Shown here one piece after another: positions 9,521 to 18,381 of a stretch of DNA of 64,000 nt. Positions within the stretch are counted from its first letter, which is position 1. Each line of letters begins with the position of its first letter. The notes under the pieces are model-generated. The model did not search any database. It was not told the origin of the DNA and saw only the letters and a list, made by a program, of their open reading frames with translations. A program made the translations under genes and the position numbers. The stretch is from an uncultured bacterium (GTDB taxonomy: Bacteria; UBA8481): assembly GCA_964499705.1 (NCBI GenBank), contig CAZCME010000003.1:248001-312000 (forward strand), given 5' to 3'.

Positions 9521-10969
9521 ATGGAAGCGATCCGACCCGAAGAAGTGACGATCCGCCAGGAGGCGGTCAAGACCGTCCGGCACGGCGCGATCATGGTGCC
9601 GTTCCGGGCGTATGCGATGGGGATCCAGTTCGTCACGTCGCTCGCGCTCGCGAGACTTCTGGCCTCCGAAGGTTTCGGCCAATGGGGTCTCATGATGGCG
9701 ATTTCCCAGTGGGGCTACACCTTCTTCATGAGCTGGACGGGCGCCGCGCTGACCCGCTATGGCCGCGAGGAATTCCTCTCGTCGGGACGGATGAGGATTT
9801 CCTTCACATCCCGAATGTACCTGACGGCTCCGGGAATTCTCCTGATGATCCTCGTCGCTTCCGCCGGCAGCGGATTTCTCGCCGGCGTGATGGACGCTCC
9901 GCGATACGTCGTCGCCCTGGTCGTCCTGTACACGCTTTCCTTCGCTCTCTCCGAAACCGTGCAGTACATCCTGCCCGCGATGGGGCGGAGCGACCTGACG
10001 TCGGCTCTCCTGGCGATCGAGCGGACGCTCGTCTTCGCCGGCATTCTGTACCTGCACCAGGCGGGCAACGCCAACACGGTCACGGCGCTCGTCGCCTTCA
10101 TGGCCCCATCGCTTCTCCTGAATCTCGCCGTGATGGTCCGTATCCGCGCTGTACTTCTGCCGTGGCAGCTCGCTCGCGCTCACCTGGGCACCTACTGGAA
10201 ATTCTGCAAGCCCGTCCTCATCACGGCTCCGATGCTGGGGATCGTCGGCTGGGTCGACCTTTTCGTGATCCGCCACTACATGACGATGGGACATGTCGGC
10301 GATTATTTTCTCGCGTATCAATTTTTCAACGCCTTCACGCAGCTCTGCATCATCGTCACGACGGTCTTCAATCCCTTCACGGTTCTCATCGTCATGCGCA
10401 ACCGGGAAGATCTCGCCGACCTCCTGGTGAACCGGATGCAGTGGGTCGCCTTCCTGATGGCCTCGTCGCTCTGCCTCCTCATGACCGTCCTGGCGCACTT
10501 CGTCTTCGCGAGGATGGGAGGACCGAACGCGCCGCTGATGGAGAACGTGTGGCTGCTTCTTGTTCCCGGCGGAATCGCCACGTTCCTGGCGGCGCCGATC
10601 GGACCGATCTACACAGCGAAGGAGGAGTCCGTGATCCCCGCGTATGTCTGCGCAGGAATGATGATCGTGAACGTGGGTCTCGATCTTCTGCTCGTCCCCC
10701 GGATAGGCCCGATCGGAGCGGCGATCGCGACGAGCGTCCGGGGGATCGTCCTCTACTATTTCTTCAGCATCATGCTGAGGAAGTTCGGCATCCGGAGCCG
10801 CAACGTCGTCCTGCGAATCTTCTGCGCTCTGGCGCTGACGCTGGCGATCCGCGTCATGGCGCACCCCGCGCCGATTCTTGTCCTGGGCATCCTCTTCGGA
10901 GCATGGTCCGCGTGGGAGATGGCGAAGATTTTTCGGACCCGGAAGGAACTCTTGTCGGCCTCTTCCTGA
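9521..10969 (+). CDS. Wzx/MOP-family oligosaccharide flippase
   Basis: Multi-TM protein; 'LARLLASEGFGQW', 'VGDYFLAY' and 'LLVPRIGPIGAAIAT' are typical Wzx signatures. Confidence 0.85.
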   Translation: MEAIRPEEVTIRQEAVKTVRHGAIMVPFRAYAMGIQFVTSLALARLLASEGFGQWGLMMAISQWGYTFFMSWTGAALTRYGREEFLSSGRMRISFTSRMYLTAPGILLMILVASAGSGFLAGVMDAPRYVVALVVLYTLSFALSETVQYILPAMGRSDLTSALLAIERTLVFAGILYLHQAGNANTVTALVAFMAPSLLLNLAVMVRIRAVLLPWQLARAHLGTYWKFCKPVLITAPMLGIVGWVDLFVIRHYMTMGHVGDYFLAYQFFNAFTQLCIIVTTVFNPFTVLIVMRNREDLADLLVNRMQWVAFLMASSLCLLMTVLAHFVFARMGGPNAPLMENVWLLLVPGGIATFLAAPIGPIYTAKEESVIPAYVCAGMMIVNVGLDLLLVPRIGPIGAAIATSVRGIVLYYFFSIMLRKFGIRSRNVVLRIFCALALTLAIRVMAHPAPILVLGILFGAWSAWEMAKIFRTRKELLSASS

Positions 10970-11060
10970 TTCACGGAAAATAACTTCAGAATCGGTGAGC
11001 GATATCACGGGCCGAATCGGCGAGCGATGACATGATGCGATGCTCGCTGGAGGTGCCCGC

Positions 11061-11948
11061 ATGAAACATTCCTGTACCGCTCTTATGATTTCCATGTCCC
11101 TGATCGGTGGAACGGCGACGACGGCCGCCGCCTTGAATCCGTTCGAAGCGACGGTGCGCGATACCGACGCGGGAGGGCGCATTCTCATCGAGCTTTCCTA
11201 TCCGACGCCTGCGGGCGATCCGAAGCCGGAAATCGAAGTGACTTCGAACGGACGCTCCGTCGATGTCGACCCGGCGGGAGAAGGTTTTGGAGGCGGGCGA
11301 AGCACCCGAAGCGTTCTTGTGAACTCCGCGGGATTCGGCGCGCAGTCGATCACGATCGAAATGCGCGTCGGTGGAGAGACACTGCATGCCGCGACCCGGG
11401 CGGACTTCGATCCGCGCCCCGTCATTCTTCCCGGATGGGTCGATGACGCTCTCGCTTTCGAGCCGCCCGGGCTCCGGCTGGAGTATCGATTCCTCTCGAT
11501 CGACACGGTGCTCATCAACGGCGCCCCGGCCGACTTCGGCATCGAGAAGATGATGCCGCGCGACGGCGTCACCTATTCCGGCGTGATCATTCCGGATACC
11601 GCGCAACCCGGCACGAACATCATCGAGATTGCCGGGACCGGATGGCGGGGGGATACGTACCGGTTCACCAGCCGATTCGTATATGCCCCGGCCGCGGTCC
11701 TGCATGTGGGACAGGTATTCAGCATTCAATACGGCGATGTCGGTTCGAAATCGGGACCCTTTTACCAGGCCGTCGCGTCGAGCGACATACTCGAACAGCA
11801 AGCGGATGTGATGCGGCCCGACGGACGCATCGTCAAGACCTGGCGCGCTGCGCGACCGGGAACCGTCGCGATAGTGGTCAGCAGGAAATCCCATTTTCTG
11901 CAGGGATATGAAGTCCTGCGATCGATCGAGCTGACAGTGGCACCCTGA
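11061..11948 (+). CDS. Secreted beta-rich hypothetical protein
   Basis: GGAGG RBS before ATG 11061; signal-peptide-like MKHSCTALMISMSLIGGTATTAAA; alternating beta-strand pattern. Confidence 0.7.
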   Translation: MKHSCTALMISMSLIGGTATTAAALNPFEATVRDTDAGGRILIELSYPTPAGDPKPEIEVTSNGRSVDVDPAGEGFGGGRSTRSVLVNSAGFGAQSITIEMRVGGETLHAATRADFDPRPVILPGWVDDALAFEPPGLRLEYRFLSIDTVLINGAPADFGIEKMMPRDGVTYSGVIIPDTAQPGTNIIEIAGTGWRGDTYRFTSRFVYAPAAVLHVGQVFSIQYGDVGSKSGPFYQAVASSDILEQQADVMRPDGRIVKTWRAARPGTVAIVVSRKSHFLQGYEVLRSIELTVAP

Positions 11949-11974
11949 CCGAGCGCTCCCGGGGTGCCTTCACG

Positions 11975-12880
11975 TCATCTGCGGCCGCCGGTTACCTTGT
12001 TCCAGTAGCTTCGTCCTTCTCTCGCCAGCTCTTCCTCGTCCACGGGAGACAGCACGATGCCGTCGCTCGGATATGAGGACATGTTGCTGATGAGCACTTT
12101 GAGTCCGCGATTTCCGGACGAGCTTAGAAAATCGCCGGTGGCCGGTTCGGGGAAGTTGCCGGCGATGAGATCCATGGCCGTCCGCAACTGGGAGACAGCG
12201 TCGTCGGCCATTCCCTTGTTGATACTCAGAATAGAGAGATATTCCTCGGAATTCTGAACGCCGGCGCGCCCCGCCAAGTACGTCAGGACGACCTCGCCGA
12301 CTTTCTGCGGCACCTCCTTGACGCACTTGCCGATCGTGCCGATGACGACGAATGTGCGGGGCGAGACCGAGAACACCGGCCTGAGATTCGAGCGGATCTC
12401 CGAGCCGCGCTGGAAGTCGGCGTCCGCGATCGCCGGAAGCGGAACGTGGATCGTCCTGATGTGCGGGCCGAAACCCGTGCGCCGGCTTTCTTCCTCCGCG
12501 CGTTTCCTCGCCGCCTCCGCCTCGCGATCCGCCGCCTTCCGCGCCGCCTCGCGTCTCTCCGCTTCGCGTCGCGCTTCCGCGACTCTCCCGGCCTCCCGCC
12601 GCGCGGCATCGCGTTCGGCCGCGGCCCGCCGCGCCGTCTCCCTTCGCTCCGCGTCCCTCCGCGCCGCTTCCTCGCGCCGCGCTTCCTCCTGGTATTCCGC
12701 ATCCGCGTCGTAGGAACCATCGGACGACTCGTCTCCATCGACGCGCGTCGGTTCCGGAACGGCGGGAGCGTCGCCGGAACTCCCCTCGTCATACCAATCG
12801 CAAAGAGCGGGAAGGGGGACGATGAATGAGAGCAGGAGCGCCGCCGCGATCAATCGCGTGTCCGCAATACTTCGTGTCAT
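11975..12880 (-). CDS. Secreted hypothetical protein with E/R/A-rich long helix
   Basis: N-terminal hydrophobic signal, acidic stretch, ~65-aa RREAERREAARK-type repeat; ATGA overlap with upstream gene. Confidence 0.7.
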   Translation of the reverse strand: MTRSIADTRLIAAALLLSFIVPLPALCDWYDEGSSGDAPAVPEPTRVDGDESSDGSYDADAEYQEEARREEAARRDAERRETARRAAAERDAARREAGRVAEARREAERREAARKAADREAEAARKRAEEESRRTGFGPHIRTIHVPLPAIADADFQRGSEIRSNLRPVFSVSPRTFVVIGTIGKCVKEVPQKVGEVVLTYLAGRAGVQNSEEYLSILSINKGMADDAVSQLRTAMDLIAGNFPEPATGDFLSSSGNRGLKVLISNMSSYPSDGIVLSPVDEEELAREGRSYWNKVTGGRR

Positions 12881-14241
12881 GGCAGATTCTCCAGTCGGAC
12901 GAGCGACCGGCTGCGCGTGTCCAGGACATGAAGACCGGACGAGTGCCAGCAGATGAGGTCGCCCAGTTCGCTTGACACGAGTGCGACCTGACCTCCGCGC
13001 CAGACATAGAGAGAGCGGGCCGCGGTGAAGTAGACGTCCTCGCGATCGCCGGCCGCGAGCGACGTGATGACGGGACCGGGGATCCGGCAGAGCATCTGCA
13101 ATCCGCGCGCGCGAGAGAAGCGATACACGTCGTTCGATACCGAGAAGTAGAGCGTATCGCCAAACGCTGCTCCGGCCAGGATCGGCAAAGGCATATCGAG
13201 AAGCTTCACATGCCCGCGCTCCGGATCGATCATGTAGAGAGCGGTGGATTGCCGGGCTCCTCCGAAGAGAGATAAACCGGAGCGTCGTTCGCCACCGTAG
13301 AGATACAGGGCATCGCGGGCCGCGACTACTTTCATTCCGGGCTCGGGCAAGGTCATCCTGGATTCGATCACGCCTCCGGCATAGAAACCTAGAGATCTTC
13401 CGGAAACGGCGAGGAGTGCACCGGATGGATCATAAGCGCAGTCGTTCACATCGGATGAATTTGCCTGGAGAAATCGACGACCGGCCACGTCGAAGAGATT
13501 GTCGCCGGTTGCCAGGACGATGCTCCCGCCCGGGCTGACGGCGATGGCCGTGGGTGAAAAAGCCGTTCCGTATGCCGCCGCGTCCTGACCGCTGAGGAGA
13601 ACGCGCAGAATCGGAGTCGTATCCGGCGGCGGCGGTATGTCAACTTCCGGTTCATCCTCCGGAGGGATCTCGTCAGGCGTCCGGGGCGGGTCGGGCAAAA
13701 CAGTCACGTACGGCTGCGACGAAGACGTGGAGGCGCTCAGCGTGAATTCATGAAGCAGATCGCGCTGTCCGTCGGATTCGGTCGACGGGATGGTGTAAAC
13801 CATCAAGGCCACGAACCTGTCGGCCGGCATCTCCGCGAAGACACGTTCGTTCGAAAGATAACCCGTCGCACTCGACAGGAGGCGGCCGTCGAGCCCGGTC
13901 ATGTAGAGATCCATGTCGATGTTCGCGCTCGTTCCTACCAGATCGGCGAGCACGAAGCGATCCGCGATCCGCGCGGGAAGTTTCAAAAGGAACCAGCGTT
14001 GGGATCCCTCTTCCGCCGCCATGGTGATGGGCACGCCGAGCGAGATCCGGACGGCGTCTGCGGGTACCTTGAACTCGGGCGGCAGAAAAGCGGGTTCAGG
14101 TTCCGGCGCCTCGTCCCGGTCGCGGCCGGTATTTTTCGCGGAAGGCGTGGCGGAGGGAGAATCCTGCTTCCGCATCTGCGGGATCGCGGGGAGCGTTCCA
14201 AGACAGAGCAGGAGGAGGATGGCTGACGATCGCGCGAGCAT
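12877..14241 (-). CDS. Secreted protein: PPC-like domain, Pro-rich linker and beta-propeller-like domain
   Basis: Signal MLARSSAILLLLCLG; 'DMDLYM...LLSSATG...NERV' is PPC-like; PDPPRTPDEIPP linker; repeats such as PTAIAVSPGG, CAYDPSG, SLAAGD. Confidence 0.65.
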   Translation of the reverse strand: MLARSSAILLLLCLGTLPAIPQMRKQDSPSATPSAKNTGRDRDEAPEPEPAFLPPEFKVPADAVRISLGVPITMAAEEGSQRWFLLKLPARIADRFVLADLVGTSANIDMDLYMTGLDGRLLSSATGYLSNERVFAEMPADRFVALMVYTIPSTESDGQRDLLHEFTLSASTSSSQPYVTVLPDPPRTPDEIPPEDEPEVDIPPPPDTTPILRVLLSGQDAAAYGTAFSPTAIAVSPGGSIVLATGDNLFDVAGRRFLQANSSDVNDCAYDPSGALLAVSGRSLGFYAGGVIESRMTLPEPGMKVVAARDALYLYGGERRSGLSLFGGARQSTALYMIDPERGHVKLLDMPLPILAGAAFGDTLYFSVSNDVYRFSRARGLQMLCRIPGPVITSLAAGDREDVYFTAARSLYVWRGGQVALVSSELGDLICWHSSGLHVLDTRSRSLVRLENLP

Positions 14242-14419
14242 GAATGGGTTATCCGGATATGCAGCAATCCGTGTGCCGATGATGGCGGACCGCAAGACCG
14301 ACCTTTAGTAGATGAACTTCTCGAATGTGAGACCGCGTCGCGAAATCGATCCGAGAATTGAGGCTGACTTGTCCAGCCGAGCGATGATATTTATCACCCT
14401 CGTCCCATACTCCTCCCTA

Positions 14420-14738
14420 CAGAAACGCCTCATCCACAAAACCTGAAACCACGAACCACACGAACCACACGAAAATTTGGAAAGAAGCCTCGCTTTATGG
14501 ATGCGCCTGGGGAGAACGCTGGTCTGACAAATTTTATTCCACAAAAAGCCAATAATGGCTGCCGTATGGCGCCACGTTCGCTTCTCCGTAGAAACTGCGT
14601 AAGTGATGTGAAAAGAAAAGAGAGAAGTAAAAAGAAAATCCTCCGCGTTCGCTGACTCTATTCAGTCCCATCGAATGGCATTTATTCGTGTGGTTAGTGT
14701 GGTTCGTGGTTAAAGATTTTGTGGATGTGGAATACCTG
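14420..14738. mobile_element. Composite MITE copy B (319 bp) with 9-bp target-site duplication
   Basis: CAG...CTG ends; 54-bp imperfect terminal IR (45/54 ungapped by hand count); exact direct repeat TCCTCCCTA at 14411-14419 and 14739-14747; AT-rich; no transposase. Confidence 0.85.
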
Positions 14739-14818
14739 TCCTCCCTACGCTTCCCTACGCCTTCCTTGACATGGCCCGTCGCGCCCCGCACACTTCTTCG
14801 GCTCCGGAGGTAGGTCAA

Positions 14819-15838
14819 GTGGCGGAAGACAAGATCGGCATCGGCATCATCGGCTATGGATACTGGGGGCCCAATCTCGTGCGGAATTTCTACGAGACGT
14901 CCACGGCCCGCGTCGTTTCCGTCAGCGATCTGAATGATAACCGCCTCGCGGCGGTGCGGAGCCGGTATCCCACGATCAAGACGGCGACGGACTACCGGGA
15001 TCTCCTGAAGGATCCCTCGGTCGACGCCATCCTCGTCGCCACTCCCGTCGCGACGCATTTTCCGCTCGCGCTGGAAGCGCTGAAGGCTGGGAAACACGTG
15101 CTCGTCGAGAAGCCGATCGCGTCCACGGCGGCGGAGACGTCCATCCTCATCGATGAAGCATCGAAGCGTGAGCTTGTCCTGATGGTGGATCACACCTTTG
15201 TGTACACGAGCGCCGTCCGGAAGATCGACGATCTCGTCAAGAGCGGCGAAATGGGCGACATCTACTATTACGATTCCGTCCGGATCAACCTCGGGCTCTT
15301 TCAAACCGACGTCAACGTCATCTGGGACCTGGCGGTGCACGACCTCACGATCATGGATGTCGTTATTCCGGCGAAACCGCTGGTTGTGTCGGCCACTGGA
15401 ATCAGCCACGTCCCGGGCAAGCCTGAGAACATCGCCTACCTGACGATGTATTTCGACAACAACGTCATCGCGCACATCCACGTCAACTGGCTTGCTCCGG
15501 TGAAGCTCCGACGCACCCTCATCAGCGGCAGCCGACGGATGATTGTCTATGACGACATCGAGCCGTCGGAGAAGATCAAGATCTATGACCGCGGCATCAC
15601 GGTCTCGGACACGGAGACGATGTACAAGTACCTCATCGGATACCGGACCGGTGACATGCATTCTCCTCAGCTCGAAGTGTCCGAAGCGCTGAAGGTGGAA
15701 GCGGCGCATTTCGTGGACTGCATCCGGAACAAGAAGCGCCCGATCTCCGACGGCGAAGCCGGCCTCCGGGTCGTGCGGATTCTCGAGGCGGCGACCCAGT
15801 CCCTGAAGCTGAAGGGTCATCCCGTCGAGCTGCCATGA
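14819..15838 (+). CDS. Gfo/Idh/MocA family oxidoreductase (nucleotide-sugar 3-dehydrogenase-like)
   Basis: GIIGYGYWG, HVLVEKP, WDLAVHD; GTG start after GGAGG. Confidence 0.9.
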   Translation: MAEDKIGIGIIGYGYWGPNLVRNFYETSTARVVSVSDLNDNRLAAVRSRYPTIKTATDYRDLLKDPSVDAILVATPVATHFPLALEALKAGKHVLVEKPIASTAAETSILIDEASKRELVLMVDHTFVYTSAVRKIDDLVKSGEMGDIYYYDSVRINLGLFQTDVNVIWDLAVHDLTIMDVVIPAKPLVVSATGISHVPGKPENIAYLTMYFDNNVIAHIHVNWLAPVKLRRTLISGSRRMIVYDDIEPSEKIKIYDRGITVSDTETMYKYLIGYRTGDMHSPQLEVSEALKVEAAHFVDCIRNKKRPISDGEAGLRVVRILEAATQSLKLKGHPVELP

Positions 15839-16521
15839 CGCCGGACGCGGAGGATGTGAGGGTCGTCAAAGCTGTCCACGGAGCGGCATCCGCCGTGGAA
15901 GATCCCGCGTTCGAGATCGGCCTCACGGATCACCTGAAAGAGAGCTACGACCGGCGCGGGCTGGAGGATCTGCTCGCCCGCTTTTCCAAGGGTGACGGTC
16001 CGTTCGAGATGATGATGCGTCGAGTCCTGTGGAGGGCGCTGACGAAGCGATTCGGCCACGGCGTCCGCATCGGCAGCGATGTCGGATACAAGCACATCGA
16101 GACTTTCGAGATCGGGAACAACGTTTTCATCGGAGCCCAGGCCTACATCCAGGGGCGATTCGACGGCAAGACCGTGATCGGCGACAAGACGTGGCTCGGT
16201 CCTCAGAGCTATTTCGACGCCCGCAATCTCGTGATCGAGGATCACGTCGGCTGGGGACCGGGCGCGAAGGTGCTGGGATCCGAGCACACGGGGGAACCGG
16301 CCGACCGGCCGATCATCGAGACGGACCTCGTCATCAAGCCCGTCCGGATCGGAGCGTGGACCGACATCGGAACCAACGCCGTCATCCTGCCGGGCGTCAC
16401 GATCGGCAAGGGCGCGATCGTCGGAGCCGGCGCCGTGGTGACGAAGGATGTCGAGCCGTTCACGATCGTGGCGGGAGTTCCCGCGAAGTTCCTGAGGAAG
16501 CGGGAATCGACGGAAAAGTGA
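15835..16521 (+). CDS. Hexapeptide-repeat acyltransferase
   Basis: Left-handed beta-helix repeats, ILPGVTIGKGAIVGAGAVVTKDV...GVPA; ATGA overlap with upstream gene. Confidence 0.9.
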   Translation: MTPDAEDVRVVKAVHGAASAVEDPAFEIGLTDHLKESYDRRGLEDLLARFSKGDGPFEMMMRRVLWRALTKRFGHGVRIGSDVGYKHIETFEIGNNVFIGAQAYIQGRFDGKTVIGDKTWLGPQSYFDARNLVIEDHVGWGPGAKVLGSEHTGEPADRPIIETDLVIKPVRIGAWTDIGTNAVILPGVTIGKGAIVGAGAVVTKDVEPFTIVAGVPAKFLRKRESTEK

Positions 16522-16534
16522 TTTTCGAATCATG

Positions 16535-16608
16535 AACCACGAAGACACGAAGGAACGAGGAAAAAATTTATTTAATATCAATCTTTGTGGCTTTGTGTCT
16601 TCGTGGTT
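16535..16608. repeat. Inverted pair of 9-bp-period tandem repeats (intergenic hairpin)
   Basis: AACCACGAAGACACGAAG (16535-16552) versus CTTTGTGTCTTCGTGGTT (16591-16608), 17/18 complementary, AT-rich loop. Confidence 0.85.
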
Positions 16609-16629
16609 ATCGCTCGTTTGGAACAGGAG

Positions 16630-17802
16630 ATGAGCCAACCGTTCATACCGATCGCCAAGCCATGGGTAGGCGAGACGGAAGTGGAAGCCGCGCAAAGGCC
16701 GATCCGATCGGGATGGCTGACACAGGGGCCTGAAGTCGCCGCGTTCGAAAAGGAATTCGCTTCTCTCGTCGGCGCGCCGCATGCGTGCGCGGTCTCGAAC
16801 TGCACCACCGCCCTGCACCTGGCGCTGCTGGCTGCCGGAGTCGGTCCGGGCGATGAGGTGATCGTTCCGTCGCACACGTACATCGCCACGGCCAACAGCA
16901 TCCGTTACTGCGGCGCCACACCGGTCTTCGTCGACATCGAGCTTCCGACGTTCAATATCGATCCGGCGCTCGTGGAATTGCTCATCACTCCGAAGACGAA
17001 GGCGGTTCTCTCCGTCCATCAGATGGGCATGCCGTGCGACCTCCGGGCACTTATCGACTTGTGCCGGCGGCGCGGGATCGTTCTCGTGGAGGACGCGGCC
17101 TGCGCCAGCGGAAGCGAAATTCTCTGGAATGGACATTGGGAAAAAATCGGGAGGCCGCACGGCGACGTCGCGTGCTTCTCGTTCCATCCCCGCAAAGTCG
17201 TGACGACGGGCGACGGCGGAATGGTGACGACTTCGAAGCCTGAATGGGACGCGAAGTTTCGTCTGTGGCGGCAGCACGGCATGAGCGTGCCCGACACGAA
17301 GCGTCACGGCTCGAAGGAAGTGCTCTTCGAAGCCCATGTGGAACTGGGATTCAATTACCGGATGACGGATGTGCAGGCCGCGATCGGCCGCGAACAATTG
17401 AAACGCCTGCCCGAGATTATCTCCCGCAGGCGCGCGATCGCGGAGCGTTATCATTCCCTACTCGAGGTTCTCCCGAACATCACGCGACCGCACGAGCCGG
17501 AATGGGCGCGGAGCAACTGGCAGAGCTACTGCGTGCTCCTGCCGGAAAGCGCGCCTCAGAAAGTCGTGATGCAGACGATGCTCGATATGGGCATCGCGAC
17601 GCGCCGTGGCGTGATGTGTATCCACGGTGAACCGGCCTACGCGGGCGCGAACTGGCATTGCGGAACGCGTCCGCCGGAAGAGGCTCTGCGCAGCAGCGTC
17701 GCCGCGCACGGGAGAGGATTGATGCTCCCGCTCTTCTACCAGATGACCGACGGGGAACAGGACCGCGTCGTGGAGGCGCTGAAGGTGGCGCTTCACGTCT
17801 GA
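16630..17802 (+). CDS. DegT/DnrJ/EryC1/StrS PLP sugar aminotransferase
   Basis: SNCTTALHL, VEDAA, FSFHPRKVVTTGDGG (PLP Lys), GFNYRMTD; AGGAG RBS adjacent to ATG 16630. Confidence 0.92.
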   Translation: MSQPFIPIAKPWVGETEVEAAQRPIRSGWLTQGPEVAAFEKEFASLVGAPHACAVSNCTTALHLALLAAGVGPGDEVIVPSHTYIATANSIRYCGATPVFVDIELPTFNIDPALVELLITPKTKAVLSVHQMGMPCDLRALIDLCRRRGIVLVEDAACASGSEILWNGHWEKIGRPHGDVACFSFHPRKVVTTGDGGMVTTSKPEWDAKFRLWRQHGMSVPDTKRHGSKEVLFEAHVELGFNYRMTDVQAAIGREQLKRLPEIISRRRAIAERYHSLLEVLPNITRPHEPEWARSNWQSYCVLLPESAPQKVVMQTMLDMGIATRRGVMCIHGEPAYAGANWHCGTRPPEEALRSSVAAHGRGLMLPLFYQMTDGEQDRVVEALKVALHV

Positions 17803-17846
17803 AACGGCGGCGCGGCGGAATGTCAATCCGAGGGAAGCGGTGATCC

Positions 17847-18362
17847 ATGATTCCCTTTGAAGATCCCGATGCTCCGCTCGATGCCGCCGAAAAACGCGAG
17901 GAACGAAGGCGCGTCATCATCGTCCTGCAGATCGCCGTTCCCGTGGCCGTATTGTTCGCGGGGATTGTCTGGGTTTATTCGGACCGGCTCAACAGGTCGC
18001 AGGTGCTTCCCTATGAAGTGCGACCCAGCCAGATCGTGGATACACAGCCCCAGGCGGCATTGCAACCCGGTGCCGCGAAGAAAGCGCCGCGCGCCAGGGA
18101 AATCTATTCGCAGCCGGCGTTGCGCTATCCCGCATGGGCTGAAAGAGCGCATATCCAGGGGGCTCCCCGATTCGGCATCACCATCGAACCCGACGGCTCA
18201 GTCTCCCGGGCTCAACTTGCTCTGACCTCCGGTTACCCCGAACTGGATCGACTGGCGGAAGAGAATGTTCGCCGATGGACCTATGAACCCCGGTCCGAAA
18301 GGGAAGAACGCGAAGTCGTCGTCAACTTTCTGGTGGGGAGCGATCCTGCCGTTCGAAGATGA
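17847..18362 (+). CDS. TonB family energy transducer (TonB C-terminal domain)
   Basis: N-terminal TM; YPAWAERAHIQG...IEPDGSV...SGYPELDRLA...RWTYEP. Confidence 0.8.
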   Translation: MIPFEDPDAPLDAAEKREERRRVIIVLQIAVPVAVLFAGIVWVYSDRLNRSQVLPYEVRPSQIVDTQPQAALQPGAAKKAPRAREIYSQPALRYPAWAERAHIQGAPRFGITIEPDGSVSRAQLALTSGYPELDRLAEENVRRWTYEPRSEREEREVVVNFLVGSDPAVRR

Positions 18363-18381
18363 CGACGGCGGGTTCGACTCC

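Noticed and set aside
12480-12690. Repetitive GC-rich DNA
   Set aside because: Explained by the E/R/A-rich coding repeat of 11975-12880; not an independent DNA repeat.
14497-14655. 52-codon ORF inside MITE copy B
   Set aside because: No RBS or recognisable motif, and it is mostly deleted in copy A.
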